Source: Spirochaetia bacterium (GTDB lineage: Bacteria; Spirochaetota; Spirochaetia; SZUA-6; Bin103). From it: 64,000 nucleotides of DNA. Of this stretch, positions 38,243 through 47,990 are shown piece by piece. The notes beneath the pieces were generated by a model. That model saw only the letters and a list, made by a program, of their open reading frames with translations. It searched no databases and was not told the origin of the DNA. The stretch lies in assembly GCA_965198005.1 (NCBI GenBank), contig CBDAOI010000004.1:1792001-1856000 (forward strand), in the 5' to 3' direction. How positions within the stretch are numbered: the first letter of the stretch is position 1; the number at the start of each line of letters is the position of its first letter. The translations under genes and the position numbers were made by a program.

Positions 38243-40126
38243 TCAGGAGCGAGTGGCTGCTGCTGCCGAGGCGGCGGCGGCAGCCGCGGTGCCGTCGAAG
38301 TGGGTGAGCGCCCGCTCGAACGCGGCGATGCCGATGCTGGCGCCGAGACGGCGGCCCGGCAGGTCGTCCACGCGCGGATGGATGCCGCCGTACAGGCGCG
38401 AGATCGCGGCCTCGTCGGCGGCGTCGTAGTAGGTCGCCCACTGCATGGTGAGGGTCTCGGTCGGGCCCGACTCGAAGGCCAGAAAGTCGTGCGCGGGGGC
38501 GACGAACTCGCCCAGGCCGCCGGGAAAGAACTCGCTGCCGGTGAAGTTGGCCAGCACCTCCGCCGCCGCGCGGCTGAACGTGCTGTGACCCGACACGTAG
38601 CCGGCGAAGGGTGGGGTGACGAAGCTGTCGCGCTGGTACGGGACCCAGTCGACCGCCCGCATCCAGCCGACGCCGCCGTAGGAATCGGGGTCGTCCGGCT
38701 TGCCGCGCCAAGCCAGGGCCGCGACCTCGCCCACGAATCCCGCCAAGTGCTCGTGGCGCTCGCCCGGCGCCGCGCTGTCGGCGGTGATCAACTCCACCAG
38801 CCCCGGTTCCAGCGGCAGGCCGTGCGGGTGGTAGGCGGGCAGCTCCGAGTCGGATGACTGACCCAGTTCCGCCATCCGGCGGATCGCGGTGATCGGCCGC
38901 ACGTAGTCGTAGTGGCCCTTGATGCCCCAGGCGCAGATCGCGGCATCGTGCACCGCGCCGTTGAGCGCGAGATAGAGCTTGACGTCCCATTCCAGCGGGT
39001 CGAGCACGGGGCCGGTGCCGCCGAGGCGCCGTTCCAGCAGCGGGTGGTCGGTGACGTAGTTGGCCAGGGTGTTCCAATGCCCGGGCGGCAGCTCCGATTC
39101 GGGTCCGTCGGCCCAGAACTCGGCGATGCCCCGGGTCCAGTCGCCGCGCTTGACGACGTTGGGGGCATACGGCTGACCGGTGACCGGGTTCAGCGGACGG
39201 CCGGTGCCGTCGTTGGCGCCGAGGCTGTTGTTGCCGTGCGCGCCGGGCGAGATGTCGATCAGCACGCCGTCGTCGGGGGTGAGGGTGGCGCCGTAGCGGA
39301 TCACCTCGGTGAACACCTCCTGGTACTCGGCGCTGCCCTCGCCGCCGAGTTGGGGGGGCGGTCCCGGGTCGTAGTACACGCCGGGGGCGCCGCGATCGCC
39401 GGCCGGCAGCGCGAACGGGATGACGTGCCCCCAGTGCGAGCCGACGAACCGTTGCACCGATCCGGGCTCCACGTTGCCCGCTTGGTCGATGCGCAGGGCC
39501 AACGACAGCGGCTGCCAGCGGTTGGGATCGACTACGCCGCCGGTGCCCGGGTTCGCCACCACCAGCGGGGCATTGACCGGAACGTAGCCGTACTCGAAGG
39601 CGTAGGTGCCGAGCTCGTCCGCGCCGTCGTCGTAGCCGTGGTCGAGCACCAGCTTGGCGATGCGGTTGCCCACCGCCGCCGGATCGTCGCCCTCCAGCCG
39701 GACGTCGGTGTAGTCGTAGCCGAACGAGTCGAACAGCTCGTCGAACCTGGGCACCGTGAGGTAGGCGCCGGGCGAGATCAGGTAGCGCGCGTACAGCACG
39801 CGGTAGGCGGCGTAGCTGATCGCTTCGTGGCGGGCGGCGGCTACGTCGTCGGCGGTCACGCGCCAGTCGGCCAGCACCGGCTGCGCGTGCTCGTCGTACA
39901 CCGCCCAGGCGTCCCACATCGCCACCGACACGTGGTAGAGGTTGCGCGCGTGAATCGTGGGAAACGCGTAGTCCTTGCGGATGGCCTGCAACTGCAGCTC
40001 GTTCCACTGGCGCGCGATCGAGTGCGGCTCGGCGCCCAGCGGCGTCGCGATGGCGGCCGCCAGCAGCAGCCCGGCGCCGCGCCAGGCCCGGCGACCGCAC
40101 CGCGCGGCCCCGCAGGCGGCGGTCAT
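38243..40126 (-). CDS. Secreted vanadium-dependent haloperoxidase/PAP2-superfamily protein (start approximate)
   Basis: Signal-like LLLAAAIA; K-x6-RP (KGHYDYVRP), PPFAGYVSGHSTF, SRLYGGIH. Confidence 0.85.
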   Translation of the reverse strand: MTAACGAARCGRRAWRGAGLLLAAAIATPLGAEPHSIARQWNELQLQAIRKDYAFPTIHARNLYHVSVAMWDAWAVYDEHAQPVLADWRVTADDVAAARHEAISYAAYRVLYARYLISPGAYLTVPRFDELFDSFGYDYTDVRLEGDDPAAVGNRIAKLVLDHGYDDGADELGTYAFEYGYVPVNAPLVVANPGTGGVVDPNRWQPLSLALRIDQAGNVEPGSVQRFVGSHWGHVIPFALPAGDRGAPGVYYDPGPPPQLGGEGSAEYQEVFTEVIRYGATLTPDDGVLIDISPGAHGNNSLGANDGTGRPLNPVTGQPYAPNVVKRGDWTRGIAEFWADGPESELPPGHWNTLANYVTDHPLLERRLGGTGPVLDPLEWDVKLYLALNGAVHDAAICAWGIKGHYDYVRPITAIRRMAELGQSSDSELPAYHPHGLPLEPGLVELITADSAAPGERHEHLAGFVGEVAALAWRGKPDDPDSYGGVGWMRAVDWVPYQRDSFVTPPFAGYVSGHSTFSRAAAEVLANFTGSEFFPGGLGEFVAPAHDFLAFESGPTETLTMQWATYYDAADEAAISRLYGGIHPRVDDLPGRRLGASIGIAAFERALTHFDGTAAAAAASAAAATRS

Positions 40127-40359
40127 CGTCGGAGTCGCGCCGCCGCCAACGCGGCGCCTCCCGGTTCCCGCGTACCGCATTTGGCCATTCTATCAGCGGG
40201 TGGCGAGAGTTGCCAACTGGAGATAGCATACTTTCTCATTGCCCCCGATGGGCCGACATCGTATTCTCCCTGGTGGAAGTCCCGGTCCTTTGCGGGCTAC
40301 GAGCCGACGGACCGGGATGAGTTCGTCGTGAGATGTTCCCTGTTACAAGGAGAGGAAGA

Positions 40360-41205
40360 ATGAGAGACATCAAAGATAAAGTCGCAGTGATCACCGGCGC
40401 GGGGCGCGGCATCGGCCGCGGGATCGCCCTCCACTGCGCCAAGCAAGGGATGAAGGTTGTTTTGGCCGGATTCGGGATGGAATCGCTCACCAAGACCGCC
40501 GCCGACCTGGAGGCGCTGGGGGCCGAGACGCTGATCGTCCAGACGGATGTATCCCAGGTAGAACAGGTGGAAAATCTGGCAGCAGCCACGATCGAAGCCT
40601 TTGGGCAGGTCGACCTGCTGGTGAACAACGCCGGGGTCGCGCAGCCGGGCAAGACACTGGAGATCACACTGGACGACTGGAACTGGGTAATGGGGGTCAA
40701 TTTTTACGGGGTGCTCTATGGCCTGCGTGCATTCGTCCCCCGCATGATCAAACGGAAGCAGCCCAGTCATGTGGTCAATGTCTCATCCCTTTCCGGCGTG
40801 CTCCCGGGGGGCGGGTCGTATGGGGTCTCGAAACATGCAGTGGTGGTCCTGACCGAGTCGCTCTATCACGATTTGGCCGAGTCGGCGCCCCACGTCAAGG
40901 TTTCGGTGCTCTGCCCGGGATGGGTGGCGACCGAGTTTTACCGCGTGGATCAATCTCGTCCGGAGCGTTTCAAAGGGGAGACGACCGAGGTGACCGAGAA
41001 GCACCGGGAGAATTGGCGCGGGTGGCTGGCCGCAGGAATCACGACTGACCAGGCGGCGCAGATCCTCTTCGACGGCCTGGCGCAAGACCAGCTGTACATC
41101 GGCCTCCAGGGCTTCCGGGAAGCGGGACAGGATGTCGGAGAAAAGGTCAAGAACCGGGCTGAGAATATTGTCCAGGAGAAGAACCCGCTTATCTCGTCAT
41201 CCTGA
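40360..41205 (+). CDS. SDR family oxidoreductase
   Basis: TGAGRGIG, NNAGV, YGVSK; RBS gagga. Confidence 0.93.
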   Translation: MRDIKDKVAVITGAGRGIGRGIALHCAKQGMKVVLAGFGMESLTKTAADLEALGAETLIVQTDVSQVEQVENLAAATIEAFGQVDLLVNNAGVAQPGKTLEITLDDWNWVMGVNFYGVLYGLRAFVPRMIKRKQPSHVVNVSSLSGVLPGGGSYGVSKHAVVVLTESLYHDLAESAPHVKVSVLCPGWVATEFYRVDQSRPERFKGETTEVTEKHRENWRGWLAAGITTDQAAQILFDGLAQDQLYIGLQGFREAGQDVGEKVKNRAENIVQEKNPLISSS

Positions 41206-41377
41206 GCGGCGAGGCACTAGCCGCCACGTCGGCGCGCTCACCCGCCGACAGCGTGGCCCAAATGGAAGGTCACACGGACGAACCCGTTACGTTCATCTTG
41301 CATGAGTTCCGGCTCCGTACCGTTGAACTCGCGCATTTCTCGCTGCATGATCAGCCAGCCGTGATGTTGCAGCGCGG

Positions 41378-42700
41378 CTACTGTCTGTTCCGACCAGGCT
41401 TCATTTCGATGCATGCGGGCGATGCGTTGACGGTGGCGTCCGCGGCGGCGGTCTCGGCCGTTGCGTCAGGCGGCGGGTCCGGCGCGGCCGGGGTCAGGCA
41501 GGCGCGGTTCAGCGCGCCGACGGTGGTGCAGCCGATCAGGGCCATGGTGCGCGCCAGCTCTTCCGCCAGCAGGGCGATGGCGTGGTCCACCCCCGCCTCG
41601 CCGGCGGCGCCGAGGCCGTAGAGATAGGGGCGCCCGGTCATGCAGGCGGCGGCGCCGAGCGCCACGGCCTTGGCGATGTCGCCGCCGCGGCGCACGCCGC
41701 CGTCGCAGATCACCGCCGCCCGGCCGCCGAGGGCGTCGGCTACCGGCGCCACCAGGTCGAGCGTGGCGGGCGAGCCTTCGAGCTGGCGGCCGCCGTGATT
41801 GGACAGGACGACCGCGGCGCAGCCGTGTTCGACCGCCAGCCGGGCGTCGGCCACGGTCTGGATGCCCTTGACCAGCAGCGGCCCGTCCCAGATCGAACGC
41901 AGCCACTCCAGGTCGCGCCAACTGCAGGTGGGGTCGAACTGGGACGCGATGTAACTGGACAGCGCCACCGGCGTGGACCCATCGGCGGCGCCGCGGCCGG
42001 CGAAGCAGGCGAAGGTGATCGGCTCGGCGCGGATGAAGCGCCAGGTCCACCCCGGGTGGCGGATGCCGTCGAGCAGCGTGCCGAGCCCGAGTTGCGGCGG
42101 CAGCGCGAGGCCGTGGCGGACGTCGCGTTCGCGCCGGCCTGCCACGGGCGTGTCGGCGGTGAGCATGAGCGCGCCGTACCCGGCGTCGGCGGCGCGCTGG
42201 ACCAGCTCCCGCACCAGGCCCCGGTCGCGCAGCATGTAGAGCTGGAACCAGAGGTCGCCGGCGCCGGCCGCCGCCACCTCCTCGATCGAGCGCGTGCCCA
42301 CGGTCGACAGGCAGTAGGGGATGCCGGCGCGGACGGCCGCGCGCGCCGGCGCCAGCTCGCCGTCCGGGTGGGCGATCCGCGTGAAGCCGGTGGGGGCGAG
42401 CACCAGCGGCAGCGCCAGCCGGCGCCCGAGCAGGGTGGTGCCGGTGTCCACCCGCGACACGTCGCGCAGCACGCGCGGCGCCCAGCACCGGCGCCGGTAG
42501 GCGGCGCAGTTGGCGCGCATGCTCACCTCGTCCTCGGCGCCGCCGTCGACGTAGTCGAACACGCCGCGCGGCAACCGCCGCTGCGCCATCCTCCGCAGGT
42601 CCGCCACGTTGAGCGCCCGCCGCCGCAGCCACTCCTGCCGGTCGCGCGCTCGCCTCCGCAGCCGAAACACCGCCCGCAACGAGTGCAGGTCAGGAGTCAA
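41378..42700 (-). CDS. FMN-dependent alpha-hydroxy acid oxidase/dehydrogenase
   Basis: FDYVDGGAEDE, WFQLY, SNHGGRQ, DGGVRRG. Confidence 0.93.
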   Translation of the reverse strand: MTPDLHSLRAVFRLRRRARDRQEWLRRRALNVADLRRMAQRRLPRGVFDYVDGGAEDEVSMRANCAAYRRRCWAPRVLRDVSRVDTGTTLLGRRLALPLVLAPTGFTRIAHPDGELAPARAAVRAGIPYCLSTVGTRSIEEVAAAGAGDLWFQLYMLRDRGLVRELVQRAADAGYGALMLTADTPVAGRRERDVRHGLALPPQLGLGTLLDGIRHPGWTWRFIRAEPITFACFAGRGAADGSTPVALSSYIASQFDPTCSWRDLEWLRSIWDGPLLVKGIQTVADARLAVEHGCAAVVLSNHGGRQLEGSPATLDLVAPVADALGGRAAVICDGGVRRGGDIAKAVALGAAACMTGRPYLYGLGAAGEAGVDHAIALLAEELARTMALIGCTTVGALNRACLTPAAPDPPPDATAETAAADATVNASPACIEMKPGRNRQ

Positions 42701-43248
42701 CTGACGAATTGAGTGAGCCTGGGGTATTCACGACACGCCTCTTTCAGAGATGGGGGTGCGAAACGATCAAGCCGTTGTGTTTCTTGGCACATGCGATGCA
42801 GCTCGTCTGCGAGACGGCGAACGTCTTTCTGCTTCAGATTCCGTAACTGTGGTTTGTAGTCCTGCTCCTCATCGACTTGGATTCCATCGCCGAGGTACTT
42901 GAGCCACGTTTCGATGTTTCGTTTTGGGATGGCTACGATTACCCGATCATCCGGTTGTCGCCGGGGAACGTGCTTTCTGTCGCATTCTTGATCCAACTTT
43001 GAACGTCTGGAGGCCGTCGAGATTGTATCCGCATCAGTCACCAGGAGCAGAACCGTCCTTTGTCGGTGTCGAATGGCCTGCAATTCTTGGGGGAAGCGCT
43101 CTCTTACCCACTGTTCTCCGGATCCCGTAGGACCGGGAAGAGGCAGACTATGAATGTCATGACGGCCAAAGTTGCGATGTCTCAGAAACCGACGGACGAA
43201 GCCCTCGGTTCGCATGTCTTCGCAGAGCAAGACTACTCTTGTCGCCAT
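42697..43248 (-). CDS. TOPRIM-like partner of ABC ATPase (DUF4276/RloB-like)
   Basis: VLLCED..LLVTDAD..NIETW. Confidence 0.6.
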   Translation of the reverse strand: MATRVVLLCEDMRTEGFVRRFLRHRNFGRHDIHSLPLPGPTGSGEQWVRERFPQELQAIRHRQRTVLLLVTDADTISTASRRSKLDQECDRKHVPRRQPDDRVIVAIPKRNIETWLKYLGDGIQVDEEQDYKPQLRNLKQKDVRRLADELHRMCQETQRLDRFAPPSLKEACREYPRLTQFVS

Positions 43249-43276
43249 TCGTCCGGTCCACGCTCAATGTTCCGGA

Positions 43277-44389
43277 TCAGTCGCCGTTGTCGTCCCATCC
43301 GCGTGCGATGGTCTCTGAAATCGATAGTCCGTCGACCGCGGCCTTAGGTTGGTCGCTCACCCGGGCCGGGCCATCTCCATCTCGGAAGAACCACCTGCCA
43401 TGCGCGCCCGCCATATAGTCGATGGTCACCGGATGATGGGACACGACGACGATCTGTTCCAGCGACTCGCCGCACCTCTCCATCGCCTGCGCGAGCCATG
43501 GCTGAATCTCCCGCAGAGCGAGGTAGTTGTCAGGTTCGTCGATGAACAGGGAAACGCGGCGGTCGTCCGTGAGCATAGTCAGGCTGTATAGCGCAATTAA
43601 AGCTCGCTGGCCGTCGGATAGCTGATCGAGGCCATAGTCGATCGTGCTGTTGGATGGACCGCGAAACGTAACTTTGAGAGCGCGCGAGTTCTCGCCGGAT
43701 TCTCTGAGTCTGAGTGAAGCGAAGCTCGGAAGAGATTCGCGCAGTGTCTCGAACAGCGCTCCTACGGAGCCCATGTTCTCCTGGGAATAGTGGCGGTACC
43801 AGCCGACAAAGTTGTCCATGAGAGGCTTAAGAAAGTCGTCTTCCGTCCTGGTTTCGGGCTTGATCAGGGGCGCACATGGACGTACGATTATGTAGTTTTG
43901 AAGATCTTTCTTGAACTTGGTCAACTTCTGATTATCGGGTCGTTCGTTCAGTGTACCTACTCCGGAGAGCGTCCAATCGAACGGATAGGCAGGACCCTCG
44001 TTGTAGTCGTCATGGTACAGTTGAGCTTCGCCATTCCTGAATTCAAAGATCGGTCTTCCGTCATGTTCAAGGGTTTCTTTCAGTATCCTCATTCTGTCAC
44101 GATCCGGGTCGTGTTCTACTTCGAGTCCGTAAACGTAAGAATGCCCATCGACGCTGGTCGCGATTTCGAAACGCTGTACGTTTCGCTTTCTGTTCAATGT
44201 CAGATCACGTGCCGGCAATACTTCGTCGATCCTGGCCCCGCGCACGACCAGATGTTGGATCCTTCGTAGTACGTCGAGCACTGACGTCTTGCCGGTGCCG
44301 TTGGCGCCAAGCAAGACGTTTGCTTCATCGAGCTCAAGTTCGAAATTGGTCAGGCACCGGAAGTTGTCGGCATAGAGTCTCTTCAGCAT
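43277..44389 (-). CDS. ABC-type (AAA_21) ATPase
   Basis: NFRCL, GANGTGKT, LSDGQR, FIDEPDN, SHHP. Confidence 0.9.
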   Translation of the reverse strand: MLKRLYADNFRCLTNFELELDEANVLLGANGTGKTSVLDVLRRIQHLVVRGARIDEVLPARDLTLNRKRNVQRFEIATSVDGHSYVYGLEVEHDPDRDRMRILKETLEHDGRPIFEFRNGEAQLYHDDYNEGPAYPFDWTLSGVGTLNERPDNQKLTKFKKDLQNYIIVRPCAPLIKPETRTEDDFLKPLMDNFVGWYRHYSQENMGSVGALFETLRESLPSFASLRLRESGENSRALKVTFRGPSNSTIDYGLDQLSDGQRALIALYSLTMLTDDRRVSLFIDEPDNYLALREIQPWLAQAMERCGESLEQIVVVSHHPVTIDYMAGAHGRWFFRDGDGPARVSDQPKAAVDGLSISETIARGWDDNGD

Positions 44390-44545
44390 GGCATGTCACC
44401 CGGCTTGTCGGCGGTTGTTGAACGTGTTTATCGTATGCGAAGTCCCGGTCACGGTGTCAACCGGGGGAGCACCGTGGCTGGGATGCGCGGGGCGGTAGCC
44501 ACGCCGGGCGGTTTTGGGGCACTCTCACGGCCATGAGGATTTCTG

Positions 44546-45358
44546 ATGGCTGAGGGGCGACTGGCGGGCAAGGTCGCGATCGTGACCGGGGCGGGTGCCC
44601 ATGAGACGGGGTTGCTGGGGACGGGCCGTGCCATTGCGGTGGCGCTGGCGCGGGAGGGGGCGCGCGTAGTGGTGGCCGACCGCGAGCGGGCGAACGCCGA
44701 CCGGACGCTGGCCCAGATCGAAAGCGAGGGCGGCACCGGCTCGGTGTTCGTGGGCGACCTGACCCGCAGCGACCAGTGCGCGACGCTGGCCGCGGCGGCG
44801 GTGGAACGCTACGGCCGGCTGGACGTGCTGGTGAACAACCTGGGCGGCCACGGCCGCGGCACGGTCACGGACATGACCGAGGAAACGGTGGACTTCGCGC
44901 TCGACTTGAACCTCAAGAGCGCGATGTTCACGAGCAAGCACGCGATTCCGCACATGGCGGCGACGGGGGGCGGTTCGATCATCAACGTCACGTCGATCGA
45001 CGGGCTCAGCGCGGGCATGGCGTTCAACACGCCCTACGGCGTGGCCAAGGGCGCGCTGGTGATGCTGGCCAAGAACACCGCGGCCTACCACGGGCGGCAG
45101 GGGATTCGCGCCAACTGCATCGCGCCGGGACACCTGCGCGCGGCGTTCACCACCGGCATGCCGGCGGAGGTGCACGACCTGCGCCGGCGCGCGGCCCCGC
45201 TCGGCACCGAGGGCACGGCCTGGGACATCGCCTGGGCGGCGGTGTTTCTCGCCAGCGACGAAGCGCGCTGGATCTCCGGCGTCACCCTGCCGGTGGACGG
45301 CGGCCTGCTGGCGGCCGCGCCGCTGACCGCCCACCGCTACATGCAGGACGATCAGTAG
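44546..45358 (+). CDS. SDR family oxidoreductase
   Basis: VTGAG..GTG, YGVAK, LPVDGG. Confidence 0.93.
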   Translation: MAEGRLAGKVAIVTGAGAHETGLLGTGRAIAVALAREGARVVVADRERANADRTLAQIESEGGTGSVFVGDLTRSDQCATLAAAAVERYGRLDVLVNNLGGHGRGTVTDMTEETVDFALDLNLKSAMFTSKHAIPHMAATGGGSIINVTSIDGLSAGMAFNTPYGVAKGALVMLAKNTAAYHGRQGIRANCIAPGHLRAAFTTGMPAEVHDLRRRAAPLGTEGTAWDIAWAAVFLASDEARWISGVTLPVDGGLLAAAPLTAHRYMQDDQ

Positions 45359-45377
45359 CGCACACCAGCGATAACAT

Positions 45378-46757
45378 CTAGTCGCCCAGGACATCGCGCA
45401 CCGCGGCGGCCACGATCTCGACCATGCGGTCGAGCTCGGCGGCGGTCGTGACCACCGGCGGCGCCAGCAGGAACACGTCGCCGCGCATGCGGCTGAACAG
45501 CCCGCGGCGCTGCGCCGCGGCGTGCACCCGCGCCCCGACGTTGTCGGCCGCCGGGTACTCCGCCTTGGTCGCGCGGTCCTGCACCAGCTCCACGCCGCAC
45601 ATCAGCCCCAGGCCGCGCACCTCGCCCACGTGCGGATGGTCGCCGAGCGCGGCGTGCAGCCCCGCCAGCAGCCGTTCGCCCTTGGCCGCGGCCTGCGCCG
45701 GGAACTGTTCGTCCACGATGATGTCGACCGCGCGCAGCGCCACCGCGCAGCCCACCGGGTGGGCGCTGTAGGTGTAGGCGTGCATCCACGGGGTGGGGGC
45801 GCCGTCCAGCACCGCGGCGATCCGGTCGTTCACGCCGACGCCGCCGAGCGGAAAGTAGCCCGACGTCACGGCCTTGGCGAACTGCATCAGATCGGGCTCC
45901 ACGCCCCAGTGGTCGAGCGCGAACAGCTTGCCGGTGCGGCTGAAGCCGGTGATCACCTCGTCCGCCACCAGCAGTACGTCGTAGCGGTCGCAGATCTCGC
46001 GGATGCGGGGGAAGTAGTCGTCCTGCGGCACGATCACCCCGCCCGCGCCCTGCACCGGCTCGGCCATGAACATCGCCACCGTGTCCGCGCCCGCGCGCTG
46101 AATCGCCCGCTCCAGCTCGTCCGCCGCCGCCACCCCCTGGCTGACGCCGGCCGGCGCCTGGTAGCGGTAGGGGTAGGGGGAGGGGATGTGGATGAAGCCG
46201 GGCACGCGCGGCTCGAACGCCGGCCAGTAGGTGGCGATGCCGGTAGCGCTCATGGCCGCCAGCGTCACCCCGTGGTAGCCCCAGCGGCGCGAGATCACCT
46301 TGACCTTGTCCGGCTTGCCGAGCAGCTTCCAGTAGGAACGGGCCAGCTTGAAGCTGGTCTCGCTCGCCTCGCCGCCGCCCGAGGTGAAGAAGAAGCGGTT
46401 GATCGAAGGGTAGGTCAGCCCGGCCAGCCGCTCGGCCAGCTCGATCGCTGGCGGGCTCGAGCTGCCGGCGTAGGCCGAGCAGTAGGCGAGCGTCGCCATC
46501 TGCGCCGCCGCCGCCTCGACCAGCTCGCGGCGGCCGTGTCCGGCCACCACGTTCCACAGACCGGACAGGCCGTCCAGGTAGCGCCTGCCGTCGGCGTCCA
46601 CCAGCACGGCGCCCTCGCCCTTGACCCACACGTGCCCCTCCAGGTGCGTGCTGCGGCTGTGGATCGGGTGGATCAGGTGGCGCAGGTCGCGTTCCAGATA
46701 GTCGGCCCTGGTGGTCGAGGTCGGTGGCATCGTGGATGTCGGTGGCATCGTCGGCAT
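45378..46757 (-). CDS. Class III PLP aminotransferase
   Basis: YHGVT, EPVQGAGG, DEVITGF, AKAVTSGY. Confidence 0.95.
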   Translation of the reverse strand: MPTMPPTSTMPPTSTTRADYLERDLRHLIHPIHSRSTHLEGHVWVKGEGAVLVDADGRRYLDGLSGLWNVVAGHGRRELVEAAAAQMATLAYCSAYAGSSSPPAIELAERLAGLTYPSINRFFFTSGGGEASETSFKLARSYWKLLGKPDKVKVISRRWGYHGVTLAAMSATGIATYWPAFEPRVPGFIHIPSPYPYRYQAPAGVSQGVAAADELERAIQRAGADTVAMFMAEPVQGAGGVIVPQDDYFPRIREICDRYDVLLVADEVITGFSRTGKLFALDHWGVEPDLMQFAKAVTSGYFPLGGVGVNDRIAAVLDGAPTPWMHAYTYSAHPVGCAVALRAVDIIVDEQFPAQAAAKGERLLAGLHAALGDHPHVGEVRGLGLMCGVELVQDRATKAEYPAADNVGARVHAAAQRRGLFSRMRGDVFLLAPPVVTTAAELDRMVEIVAAAVRDVLGD

Positions 46758-46760
46758 TGG

Positions 46761-47990
46761 TCAGCTCTCCCAGTACCGTTTCAGGGCCGCGAGCCCCTCT
46801 TCCGCGTCGGTCACGTCGATTCCCGAGTAGGCGAACCGCACGTACACCCGCGGCTCGTCCGGCGCGCCGCGGCCGAAGTGGCCGCGCGAGCAGAACGACA
46901 CGCCGGTGCGGCGCATGGTGTCGATCCGAAACGCCTGCTCGTCGGCCGCGCGCCGCGTCATGGAGAATCCCCGGCGCCGGTACACCTCGGTCACGTCGGC
47001 GAACAGGTAGAAGGTTGCGTCGGACGCCGGCACCGTTACGCCGTCGATGGCGTTGAGGCGGTCGGTGATCAGAGCGCGCCGTTGCCGGAGGCTGCGCAGA
47101 ATGTGCCGCACCCCGCCCTGGTCCCCCTGCAGCGCCTCCAGCCCGGCCATCTGGACGAAGTGGTTGGTGCACGACTCGTCGTTGGTGTTGATCTTGGTGA
47201 TGACGTCGATCACCGGCTGCGGGCCGATCGCGGCGCCCAGCCGCCAGCCGGTCATCGCGTATTTCTTGGAGAAGGTGTAGCCGATCATGGTGCGCTCGCT
47301 CATCCCTTCCTGCTCGACGATGGTATGGCTGCTGCCGGCGTAGCGGATATCGACGTAGGGGTCGTCGGACAGCACCCACAGGTCGCGCTCCCGCGCCTGG
47401 GCGGCGAGCCACTCCAGCTCGTCGCGGTTGGCGTCGGCGCCGGTCGGGTTGTGCTGCGCGTTCACGATCAGCACGCGGGTGGTGTCGTTCATCGCGTGCT
47501 GCACCGAGTTCAGGTCAATCCGGAAGCGGCCGTCCTCGACGGTGTAGGCGTAGGGCTGACCGCGTCCGCCCAGGAAGTCCACCTGCGACTCGTAGATCGG
47601 GTAGCCGGGATTGGGGTAGAGCACGCCGTCGCCGGGCTCCATGATCGCCATCAGGAACTTGCCGATGCACGGCTTGCCCCCCGGCTGAATCGACACGTTG
47701 GCCGCCCTGTACGGGACCCCGCGCCGCCGGCTGAGGTCGGCCGCCAGCGCCTCGCGGAGCTGGGGAATGCCGCCGGCCGGCGTGTAGAAGGTCTTGCCGT
47801 CGAGCATCGCGCGGTGGGCGGCCTGAATGATGTTCATCGGCGTGCGGAGGTTCATGTCGCCGAGGTGGAACGGGTAGACCCGGTGGCCCTGAGAAGCCCA
47901 TGTGGCCGCGTCGCCCGACACCGCGAACGCGGTCTCGGTGCCCAGTTGGGCGATGCGGCGGGCGATTCGAGGTTGCGAGAGGGCTGGCAT
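46761..47990 (-). CDS. Class I/II PLP aminotransferase
   Basis: HNPTG, SDDPY, FSKKYAMTGWRLG. Confidence 0.93.
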   Translation of the reverse strand: MPALSQPRIARRIAQLGTETAFAVSGDAATWASQGHRVYPFHLGDMNLRTPMNIIQAAHRAMLDGKTFYTPAGGIPQLREALAADLSRRRGVPYRAANVSIQPGGKPCIGKFLMAIMEPGDGVLYPNPGYPIYESQVDFLGGRGQPYAYTVEDGRFRIDLNSVQHAMNDTTRVLIVNAQHNPTGADANRDELEWLAAQARERDLWVLSDDPYVDIRYAGSSHTIVEQEGMSERTMIGYTFSKKYAMTGWRLGAAIGPQPVIDVITKINTNDESCTNHFVQMAGLEALQGDQGGVRHILRSLRQRRALITDRLNAIDGVTVPASDATFYLFADVTEVYRRRGFSMTRRAADEQAFRIDTMRRTGVSFCSRGHFGRGAPDEPRVYVRFAYSGIDVTDAEEGLAALKRYWES

